The position numbers were made by a program, and so were the translations under genes. Positions 1 to 28,848 of a DNA stretch of 64,000 nt are shown one piece after another; the stretch's first letter is position 1, and every line of letters begins with the position of its first letter. The DNA is from Salpingoeca rosetta. Its lineage: Eukaryota > Protista > Choanoflagellata. Below the pieces are notes generated by a model. The model saw only the letters and a list, made by a program, of their open reading frames with translations. It searched no databases and was not told where the DNA came from. Location: NCBI GenBank assembly GCA_033442325.1, contig JAWQFM010000001.1:1322359-1386358 (forward strand), written 5' to 3'.

Positions 1-660
1 CGTCAAACGTGTGCACAGCGCGACCAGCAGCATCATCGCTGTTGCCATTGCCAGCGTCGGTGTCGTTGTCGTCGTCGTCATCATTGGCCTCCGTGTGGAT
101 GACTGTTGCCAGGGAAGCAAGCACGTCCTCAATCGCATCCGTCTCCTCGTCTGCAAACGGAATGACAGCAGCGTGTGCATGGGTGTGCACATGTGTGAGT
201 GTGAATGAGCGTACGTGTCACTGCGCACAACTTTTGAACACATGTGGTTCAATAGGTTGTGCATGTACATGTGATTGTGAGATCGTGTGATTGTGTGATT
301 GTGAGTGCGCATGTGTCGTTCGGCTTCACTCAATTATGCGCAGCATGTCCCAGAACACACACACACACACACACACACACATGCGCGCACGTGTGTACCT
401 GTTGGGTCACCCGCCTGCAGCAGTTCGCGAGAGAACGTGCCGCTGCGCCCTGTTGTTCCCAGCGACGTGGACACGGCATTCACAAGCCGGCTCCCTGGTG
501 CCACAAGCGCAGGACAGCGTGTGTTGGCGATTGAGCATGGATGTATTACATGCACACAAACACACAAAACAACACACAAGGCAGATCACCGTGAGCAGCA
601 GAGATGGACACGTGGTCACGCGCACAACAGCATGCACACCCTCACTCAGCCACAAGCTGC

Positions 661-745
<85 letters not shown>

Positions 746-1973
746 GCACACCTCGCGTGTTTGACAGCTTGCGGGCACGCAGGGCCGTGGCGCGGGCCGT
801 GGAGAGCGACGATCGCGTCTGACGCAACGGAACACCGCCGCTGTCACCGTGTGCCGCTGTTGAGGATGCTGATGATGTGGCAGAGGTGACGTTTGCCAGT
901 CTGGTTTTGCTGGCGCGGCGGGTGGAGCCTTTGGACGACTTGCGGAAGGAGCATGCACGCACCAGGCCAAACGTGTCTGCATTGTGGTGTGAATATGCGC
1001 GTGCGCGTGTTTTGTGTTGTGTGTCGTGCCAGTGAATGAGTGCAAGTGCTGGGAACAAACGACGGCGCAGAGGTTAGTGGCAACAGGTTCAAGCAGCAGC
1101 AGCAGCAGCAAAGGGACGCACATGTGTCTGGACTGGAGTCATCAATGTCTTCACGGATGCCGATGATGTCCACGGAATCGCTGGCGCCCTGAATGAGTCG
1201 GTCGCCGGCAAAATCAACAGCGCCCTTCACCTTTGCCGCCTTCAGGTGCCCAACAAGGGCCTGCCCGCCGTGTGTGTCAACGTCGTGGCAAGCATGTGGT
1301 GCATGTCACACAGCAGCATCAGAGTAGCATCAGAGCGGACATCGATTGCGCTGACAAGGTCATCAAGTCCAGGGCACAACACACTCAAGCAAGGCGGCAC
1401 ACTGACACACGGACATGCACACAAGAAGGCACAAACATCGCGACCCAAGGCGAAGTTTAACGGGCTTCCATTTCGCGAAACGAAATAAACAGTGCACGCA
1501 CCTGTCCCCAAAACACCCTGGACGCCTTGCGACGAAGACGGCCAAAGGAAATATGGCTGTGCCCTTCACCATCGATGGTGCCTTCGCGAAAGATGATCTT
1601 GAGCAGCTTGCGGATCTGTCACGTGCACATCATGTGCAGCACGCGTAAATCAGTGTATGACTTGGTCACGCTGCAAACGAGCGCTGCCCCATCATAACGC
1701 ACACAAACACACACACATCGTTGCAGCAATCCTTTGTGGCATAGCCCACGCTGTTGAACACACTCACCCCAACGTCCATCCATCGCGTAGCACCAACGGC
1801 GCGCTGTGCGCTGAGTTCGCCTGCTTCCACAGAAGCACTGAGCTTGCGTCCAAGCACTGGGGCATCCTCCCGAATCTTTGCGGCTCGATCTTGCGGTGTC
1901 ACTGCAGCCACAGAGAGAGAGACACACACAAACACACAGACACACAAACACACAGACACACATACACACAGAC

Positions 1974-2013
<40 letters not shown>

Positions 2014-2451
2014 ACACACGCACGCATACATACGCACACACACACAAGCGTGCACACACAAACATGCACACACAAACATGCAGGTGAACAGTTTAACTTG
2101 TGAGTGAGGAAGCAAAGCGCTTTCGGGTTCTCACGTGTCGCCGACAATCGCGTGCCCTTGTGATTTCCTCTGCTACACAACAAGGAACTCACCTGGTGCC
2201 TGTGGCGCGTGGATCTTTTGGCGTGGCGGCGTGGTCAGGCCCGCTTGGCCCTGTTTGGCACCGGGACCAGCGTCCTCGTCGTCATCTTCGTCGTCGTCCT
2301 CCTCCTCGTCATCATCATCGTCCTCATTGATGGCAACAAGGCTCACCAGCACGTCATCCACTGCGTCTTGCAGCTCCCCTTCTTCCTCATCCGTCTCCCA
2401 CTCGCTCTCACTGCTCCTGGATGTTGTTGTCGTTGTCGTGTCATCCGCCAT
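1..2451 (-). CDS. Costars-domain protein (ABRA/STARS/ABRACL-like actin regulator), multi-exon, 3' end outside window
   Basis: Phase-consistent GT-AG exons 2451-2193, 1901-1768, 1615-1502, 1260-1122 and 976-752 give ...AQRAVGATRWMDVG|IRKLLKIIFREGTIDGEGHSHISFGRLRRKASRVFWGQ|ALVGHLKAAKVKGAVDFAGDRLIQGASDSVDII. This matches the Costars signature (ABRACL FG.LF...EALVGTLKAAKRRKIVTYPGELLLQGVHDDVDII). N-terminus is acidic. Exons below position 750 are approximate. Confidence 0.8.
660..745. repeat. (CA)n microsatellite, representative of dozens in introns across the window
   Basis: Other long runs at 7305-7435, 23085-23180, 25795-25950, 37685-37755, 39160-39245, 57100-57255 and 60590-60740. These generate the THTH/VCVC ORFs. 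Confidence 0.95.
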
Positions 2452-2605
2452 GGCGCAAGGAGCACAAACAAGCAAAGAAGAGCAGCACAAACAAACGAAC
2501 GAAGAAGGTCTTCCTTCTTGCTTTTTCTTGGCTTGGCTTGATTGTTGGCGATTGGTGAATAATTTCTTTGAAATTTCGGCACCTTCGGCCGTTACACCAA
2601 CGACG
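2452..2605. promoter_or_regulatory. Compact bidirectional promoter (Costars gene / STIL)
   Basis: 154 bp between divergent ATGs at 2451 (-) and 2606 (+). The AT-rich core has TTGGCG (2545-2550), ATTGG (2551-2555) and TTTGAA (2567-2572). Confidence 0.55.
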
Positions 2606-2907
2606 ATGACAACACGGCGACCAGCGGGTTCACTGGCTGCGCCGGTATCGGGCATGCAGCGCAACTTCCCGCTGACCGTCTCCGTGCTCTGGTGAGCAAA
2701 GGGTGCATATGGGGTGACGGGCACGCGTGTAGTTGTGTGGATATTCTTCACGTTGGCTGTGGTTGCTTCATTTGCGGTGTCTGTCTTGGGGTGTCTTGTA
2801 CCGTCCACCTATGGTGGCACGTGGAAATCTCAAGCCAGCATGTCGCCAGGACGTGACCCATGTAACTTTGTGACGCGTATGTTCACACACACACACACAC
2901 ACATACA

Positions 2908-2951
<44 letters not shown>

Positions 2952-4194
2952 TGGAATGGTTTAGGTCGCGCATCCCGCAGGGTTCGCCAAGAGTTCTGAA
3001 GCTTGCATCACCCACCGTGAAGATCTCTGCAGCGACTGTGCAGGTGCTTGCACGTGAAGCCGAGTATGCCGCATCCTCGTTGGATCGTGCAGGTGACGCC
3101 CCATTTGAGGGCTTCATCGCCGGTGACCTGGACTTCAATGCCGCCGAGGCGTGCTTCGAATTCCACGCTTCTCGCTTCGATCCAGGCCGTCGCCTGAGCG
3201 ACGGATCCCTCGTCCCAGCAGTCCCCGTCACTGGCCAGACCATGATCCGCGTGCATGTGAGTCGTGAGCTCAATGTTAATGCGTGTGCAAGTGTGTGTGT
3301 GGTGTATGGGTGTGCGTTTGTGCAGGTTTGTGTTTGTGTTTGTGTTTGTGTTTGTGTTTGTGTGTGTGTGTGTGCTGGTTTGTCACTTCGTGTGTGTGCG
3401 TGGCAGCAGCAAGGCTTCGTGACTTGCACGCGACACCTTGTGCTGAAAGTACACACGCGTGTGTTGTGTCTCGCGCGTGGTATGCACCGCTTCTGGCTGC
3501 CTGCTGATCAACATGGAAGTTTTTCCTTTAGAGCTGACATACTGGTGGTACTGTGTTTGCTGTGCTGCTCCGTGCTGCTCTGTCATGCAGTCGAAACACC
3601 AGAGCCAGCGCGCTGTGTTCGCGCGTCTTTCATCGCAGTATGCCCAGCAGATGCAAGGCGCCACCACCGTCTCCAGCGCCCTGTGCCCGGCAATGGAAGT
3701 GGACGTGTCTGTGGTCAGCGACGGCGGCGCCTACGAGACAGCATCTGCACGCCTCACATGGCTTGCCATCACACCAGCTGCCAAGTTCAAGGTAAGGAGC
3801 ACGTTTTGTTCAGCAACTGGGGCCTTTGTGGACTGTCGCCTCACTGCTGTCATCCTGGCTTGCGTGCTCGTTGTGTGCGTCCATTTCTGTTTCATCTCAC
3901 CCTTGCATGCACCTCAGTGCTCTGGTGCTTTCAGTCTACGCAAGCATTGCCATGTTCTTCACCCTCACATGCATCGCCCTCCATCCCTCTTCCCCTGTGT
4001 GTGTATCGCTGCAGGCTGTGCCGATTCTCCCGCTGACGGTCGTGCGAACGGCGCTGTATCATCGCATGTCCATGCATCATGACGCCTTGCAGGAGGTGAG
4101 CCAGAGCGTGAATGACGGCATGAATGACGCTGCCCTGCAAGACAACCATGAGAATTATGCACACACAAGTGTACACACACACATGAGCATAAGC

Positions 4195-4232
<38 letters not shown>

Positions 4233-6204
4233 AGCACACACGTTACACACACACACACGAACAAATAATACCTGCGATGTTTTGACGTGCCGTGTGCATG
4301 TGCGTGTGTGTGCAGTTTGAGAGCGGGTATGTGACGCTGAACGAGCACCGCCACGCCATTCTCGTCCTTGAGGACGATCCAGCGGCCAAGTCAATGCCGC
4401 TTGTCGGCGTGTACATCACGGGTGTTGCGTCGGCCTCTCTGTCGGACCCGCGCGTGACGGCTGCGTGCATCCGGTACGCTGCTGCGCGCCACTTGCAGCA
4501 GCGTGTGTACGTTGATCGTGTGCACTTCCTGCTGTGCTTCCACACGCGTGTGGCTGGCGCGTCGCAGTGGCAGTGGTTTGAGGTCTGTGCACTCGCTGAC
4601 GACGTCCTAGTCGGTGATCGCGTCATCGCAACGCACCAGACAACAATGCAGGTATGTATGTGCAGGGGGATGCGAGTACAGCATGTGCACATGTGTACAT
4701 GTGTGCGTGTGTGTGCGTGTGTGTGTGCGTGTGCCCCTTTGTGCCCCTGTATGCCCTTGTGTGCCCATGTGTGCTTGGCATGAGGTTTTGTGTTGCAGCA
4801 TGTCCCCTCCTCACACAGTCCCTCCCGCTCTCTGCGCCGTTCGCTTTTCATTAGACGGGCGATTCCAGCACGCTGTCGCGCCGAGGAACAATCGAGCTCT
4901 CGCTGTGTGCACCGTCTGCATATGAACATGCCAGCGGCGACGGCAACAGCACCACCACCAGTGGCGTTGGCGGCAGTGCTGATCGGCGTGAACAGGAGCT
5001 GTTGCAGTCGGAGATGGAGGCTGTGGATGCTGTTGAGAGTTCGCCCGTCGCAGCACCGCCACAAATGGCGCGCATACACGCGCGGGCACCCGTGTTTGCA
5101 TCGCATGAGGACACGTTTGGTGGCAGCAGCTTGCTGGACCTGAGCGTCGACGCCGACCAACTGTCACACCGCCAGCACCAGCAGCGGGAAGTGGAGAGGC
5201 AAGGGGCGGTCGATGTTGATGCGGACACGCTGCGAGCAATGCAGGCGAAAATCGCCAGTCTTGAAGAGCACGTGCGGATCCTGTCTGCACAAGCATCAGG
5301 TCGTACATCGGTCGCATCATTCGTCTCCTCGCAACTCGAGACTGCGGCCGAACGCGCACACCTTTCTTCCTCTTCCACGCACGTCTCCAACACCCCGACC
5401 CCAACACCCACCCGCAGCGGCAGCGCACAGGAAGGTACCTTCACCCGTGATGATGGAACTGGTGGTGACGATGATGGTGATGAGGGCGACGCTGCGAGCA
5501 ACGACCAGTTTGGTGAGCGCAGGGGTGCACAGCCAGTCAACACCAGCGAGCACGATCGGGTGTCACTTCTTCTTGACATCTCGCACAGCGGCGACGAGCC
5601 TGTCTTTGCTGGCGTTCAACAACAGCAGCAAGAGCAGCAAGAGCAGCAAGAGCAGCAGGAGCAGCAGGAGCAGCAAGAGCAGCAAGAGCAAAACAGCGAC
5701 ATGGCTGACCACCGTGATGTTGATCAAGGTCAGCAACGGTATCAGACGCAACAGAAGCAGAAGCAGAAGCAGAAGCGGAAGCACCGCCGCTCTTCGTCCC
5801 ATGGCGCAGGGCTGAGTGATGTCTCCATCACCCTTCTTGAGGTATTCATGGCGCTGCTGTGTGCCTCTTGCCTCTTCTGTTGCGCATGTGTGTTGCGTTC
5901 CCGCTGCCGTTGCGTGTTGGACTGCTCGTTGCGTCTGTTCCCAGCCTCGATTGTACCCGTTGTATGTGCCACATATGCTGTCACATCTTTCATCACATCA
6001 CATCAACACCGTCTCTCCGTTGTGTCACAACAGGACAAACTGCGGCAATTTCTGGACATATCCGCGTGCACACAATCGTCTCAGCCGCCATCATCCCTGT
6101 CCACGGGCGCAGGTCAGGCATCAAAACAGCAACTTTGCTGCACACGCAAATGGACTGCCACCCATTGCGTGTGTGTTTGGACAAGAGCTTGCGTGATGGC
6201 AGAC

Positions 6205-6249
<45 letters not shown>

Positions 6250-7315
6250 ACGCACATACACACACATACACACACACACATACGCACACACATACACACA
6301 CATACACACACGCGCGCGCGCGCGATGCTGTGCCTCACATGTCAAGTATCAATCCGGCTGTCTCTGTCTCTTTCCTCCTTTCTCTGCCATCAGAGGAAAT
6401 GCAATCCCTGCATTCGCAGCGTGTGGGTGGTGCACACAGCCCAGCAGGTAATGCAGTGTGAAGAAAAGCCTTGTAACTCGTCAGCAGCATCTATGCATGC
6501 CTTTTGACACCTGTTCTTGTGTTTTGGTCTCCAGGGCACACACATACAACACACACGAGTGCTTGCGTGTGTGGATACGGGTGTTGTTGTTTCGTGTGCT
6601 CGCATTGACATGATTGATGCACATGACTTTCGCGTGGTTTTGTTGCAGACGGCCGGGGTTGCGCTGTACGTCAGGAGACACCCGTGTTCAGCCCTCTTCA
6701 CGACGTCACTTCCCGTGTTGCTTCTCCTCACAACACACTGGTGCGTACTAGACAGCCCATCGTCGCGTGTCCGCGCAGGTCACGTGATGATTGTTGCGTT
6801 GCACGTCTTCTCTCACTTGGTGCTGATGTCGCCTGAAGTCGACCCCACGCTCTCTGACACAACGTTGCATCCCCACACAACACACATCCTCACTCACACA
6901 TGATACGCACCCACAACATTCACACACACCCCCCCACACACACACCACACACGTACATATCCACATGCACACACACATACACACTCATTTCCATGTGCGC
7001 CCGCCAGTCCCGCGCTGCTGTGCATGCACCGCGGCAAAAGCTTTCGGTGCACGGCGATGCAGCAAAGCCACGTGGTGTCATCGGGGCAAACACGGAAACA
7101 CGCACGAGCAACGCGAACACACGCGCGCATGAAACAGCAGCACTGCCAGCACAGCGCGCAGCGGGGAAGAAGGCGGTGGCTGGTGACAAGCGACACGGTC
7201 TTCGTGTTGTGACGAACCAGCAGCAGTGGACCCAGGGCGGCAGAGCAACAGCAGCGGAGGCGAAGCAGGTCACGTCTGCACGCTCGTTGAGAGAAGAGGT
7301 CCGTCACACACACAG

Positions 7316-7349
<34 letters not shown>

Positions 7350-7356
7350 AGACACA

Positions 7357-7437
<81 letters not shown>

Positions 7438-7684
7438 GGTGACTTTGTTGGATCGTGATCAAGTGACTGTGGGGGCTGCTTTGCAGCAGGGTTGAATGTC
7501 GGTGTTGGTGTTTGAGTGATGTTTTGTTTTATGAGTGCCATGTTTTCTCTTGTCTGTGGCTCATCACTCCATCGCACCAATGTCATGCACACATGCATAC
7601 GCGCACTTGTTCTCGTTACATTCGCGTGTTTGGCCGCAGGCGGATGCGATTGTGCGCCGGTACACCCAGCAGCAGCGCTGGTGA
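2606..7684 (+). CDS. STIL: STIL (SCL-interrupting locus; SAS-5/Ana2 family) centriole duplication protein homolog, multi-exon
   Basis: Exon 1 (2606-2691) joined to the exon from 2965 gives NFPLTVSVLW|SRIPQGSPRVLKL (cf. STIL FHFPPSKCALWNPTPTG). Further matches: RFDPGR (~3173), PILPLTVVRTAL (~4021), and GYVTLNEHRHAILVLEDDPAAKSMPLVGVYITG...VTAACIRY (4325-4480; cf. GFLTMDETRKLLLLLESDP...LPLVGIWLSG...WACCLRY). Coiled coil LRAMQAKIASLEEHVRIL at ~5230-5283. Putative last exon 7640-7684 ADAIVRRYTQQQRW*. The 3' half of the model is less certain. Confidence 0.85.
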
Positions 7685-8096
7685 TGGCAAGGAGCACTTC
7701 TCAATGTGGGGTGTTCTCTTGCTTGTCCTGTTTCGTCCATGTTGGTATGCGCAGTTTTGTAGTTGCACAGCGATTGATTGGTTCGGCGCACGTTCAGCCG
7801 TTTTGTTTACATGCTTTCCATAAACGATGATGATGATGGTGATGATGGTGATGATGGTGGGACTGGAAATCGTGGCGGCGAAGACGGTCGTGGTTTTATC
7901 TCATCTCATCGCTCACTCGACTTAATCAGTCAGTATTCGTGTATTCGATGTGAGACAAAGGGGCAGCATCTGGAAACAGAAGAGCTTGCGCACACATAAA
8001 GAACGCATGGGTGTATCAAACACACACACACACACACACACAAACAAACACAAACAAACACACAAGCAAACACAAACAAACAAACACACACATCCA

Positions 8097-8160
<64 letters not shown>

Positions 8161-8183
8161 GCACGTGCTCTCTGCTGATGCGC

Positions 8184-14465
<6,282 letters not shown>

Positions 14466-14660
14466 CTTGGCTGCTAGTGTTGGTGGCGGCCGTGGTGTGT
14501 GAGAGCTTGATGGACGGTCGTGGTGGTGGTGGTGGTGGTGGTGGTGGTGGTGGTGGTGGTGGTGTGGGAGCGACAAGTGACTGCGAAGCAAACAGCAACC
14601 CAAGTTGGGAAGAGTTGTGAAAAATTTGTTACACTTTTCGGCAGTCGGTGGACGGAGGTG

Positions 14661-14696
<36 letters not shown>

Positions 14697-14707
14697 TCGC
14701 AAGTGCC

Positions 14708-26332
<11,625 letters not shown>

Positions 26333-26891
26333 GCCACAACACCCCCATCCCCCACCGCACACACACTCTCTCGCTCTCTGTTTAACTTGTGTTTGAGTGG
26401 TTGATTTATTGTAGACTGCCCGTGAGTGCTGGCCGCATTTGGCAGACACCTTGGGTCGTCACTTCAATCAGAGAAGGGTGTAAACAGCATCACAACCTCG
26501 GAGAAGGAAAAACACACGACGAGACAGAAAAAGCAAAGCACACGAAATGGGCGCATTGTGGGGCTGAGACAAACGCACACGCTTGCACTACTGCCACAGA
26601 GGCACACACGTGTGTTGCAGGCAGACAAAGACAAGAACAAGACAAGAAACGACAAAGCGGTTGTTTGTCTCTAGGGTTCGATGAGATGCCAGGAGGGCAA
26701 AACGAAAAAAGGGAGGAGCAGGAGGTGGAAGAGGGAAAGGCGAAAGGATAGTGTCGAGTATATGTATGAAACAGTGGCGATGAACAAGCGTCATTGCTGG
26801 AGGAGGAGGAGGAGGAGGAGGAGGAGGAGAGGGACTGGTTTGAAAGGTTGTATTTGGTTGTTGGTGGAGATAGGGGGACTGGGGAGACTTC

Positions 26892-28464
26892 TTACTTCGA
26901 GTCGCATGGCTTGCCAGTGCAAGGGTTGAAGCAGTCTGCGTGGCACTCGCCGCTGCCGCTGTTTGTGTTGAGGATGAGGGCGACAATGAGACCGTAGAGA
27001 CCAAGGACCTCAGCGAAGATAAGAATCAGGATCATACCGACGAACAACTGTGGATTGAGCAGGGAGCAATGGGGAGAAACTGGGTGAGCGAGCGAAGCGA
27101 GTGATATGTTGCTGGTCGGAAGGGACAACGCCGTTCACCACCGCATGTGATATCGCGTCTCACTCGACAAAAGTACCACAAAAACAAGCAACCAAGAGCG
27201 CCACTGAACACCACTGGACACAACAACAACAACAACAACAACAACAGCAACAACAGCAACAACAACGGCAGCAGCAGCAGGCGGCGGGAACATACCCTGG
27301 GCTGCTGTGCAGTACCACGGACGCCAGAGTCACCAACAATGCCAATTGCGAAACCAGCAGCAAGACCACTGATGCCGACGGCAAGACCGGCACCGAGGTC
27401 GATGAAACCACTACACGCACGACAGCAAGGGGCAATCAGCACAGAGAGAGAGAGGGAGGGGGGAGAGACGCATGAGTCACTTACGCATGCGAGTTGTCAT
27501 GTCACACAAGTGAGCAAGGTATGTGTGTGTTCGTGCGTATGTGCTGGGGTACAGCAACGGTTCATGACACAGAGCACGACGGGCGTTGCCAGCAAATGGA
27601 TTGTTGAGCTGACGCACCTGAAGAGAGAGTAGGAGGATGCGCTGCCCATGCCGTTGGAGATGAGCACAGCAACGACGAGACCGTAGATGGCAATGATACC
27701 GGCCATGACAACGGGGATGATGGACTTCATGATGAGCTCGGGGCGGAGCACGGACATGGCGGCGATACCGGTGCCAGACTTGGCAGTACCGTACGCGGCA
27801 CCGAGAGCTGTTATCAGTGTGGCGGTGGGGAAGAGTGGGGGTCCGAGAGAAGCAAGAACGACGTGTGAGGAAGGCGGTGGTGACATTGTCATCAAAGGGG
27901 TATGCACATGTGCATGTAGGAGTGAAAAGCTGTTGTTGGTGGTGTTGTTTGTGGTTGCTGATGCAGTTGTTGGTGGCCGATGTCGTTCACATTGTCCACA
28001 ACGTGTGACAGGCGCCTGCACTGCTGCTGCAAACTCACACATACACATGTTCCACTCCCTTCTCTCTCCGCCTCTGCACACGCACACACACACGCACACA
28101 CACTCTCTCTTCTCTCACATTCTCCACTCAAAAACTCCCCCCCCAACTCTCTTGCTCTAACCCTCCCCTGTGCTGTACACTACACCCTTCTCCCGCTGTC
28201 GCTGTTGTCGTCGGTGTCGTGGTGGGTGTCACCATCAACCATCACCCGCCCGCCACTCCATCATCAACATCACTATCAACAACAACAACGGCAGTCCCTG
28301 CTGTAGATCATCACACCACACGACTCACCGCTGAAAGCCATGGCGGCGGTGGCGCCCATCACGCCGAAGAACGACGAGTACGTTGGGCAGTAGATACCCT
28401 CGACGGTGGTGTCATAGATGCGCACATCCATGGAGTCGGGGTTGGAGCAGTCAATTCCAGACAT
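26892..28464 (-). CDS. ATP6V0C: V-type H+-ATPase 16 kDa proteolipid subunit c
   Basis: Exons 28464-28329, 27807-27618, 27410-27296 and 27047-26892 give ...[20 protein letters not shown]|[50 protein letters not shown]...[38 protein letters not shown]|[26 protein letters not shown]. The proton-carrying Glu is retained. Confidence 0.98.
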
Positions 28465-28848
28465 GGTGTCGGTTTGCGTGTGTGTATGGGGGAAGACGAG
28501 GTGCGGTGGTGGTAGCGGCGCTGCTTTGTGGCTGATGACGCGTGTGTGTCTGTGCGTGTATCTGGGGGGTGAATGAGCGGAGCGAGGGCAAGCAAGAGAC
28601 GCAGCAGCTGCAGCGAGAACACCCCCGGCTTTCTCCAAAAAGTGGTGTGCTTGGCGAAGATTAGCTGAAAATTTGCCCTGATTATCCCTCCACAAAATAT
28701 GGAGGCACGTGCCTGCCTTTTTGTTGTGTGTGTGTTTGTCTTTTGGCTTGTCTTGCTTGGCTGGAGGGTTTGCAAATTGCAGGTGCCAAATTGCTCCAAG
28801 TCGATCGATTTTTGCAACGCATGACAGACGGCGGAGGACAACGCAGGC

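Noticed and set aside
291-889. ORFs rich in THTHTH or VCVCVC (here and throughout), resembling His/Cys metal-binding proteins
   Set aside because: They are translations of intronic (CA)n/(GT)n microsatellites.
2951-2964. ATG at 2951 (MEWFR) as the STIL start
   Set aside because: Upstream exon 2606-2691 splices in phase to 2965 and restores the conserved FP.....LW motif.
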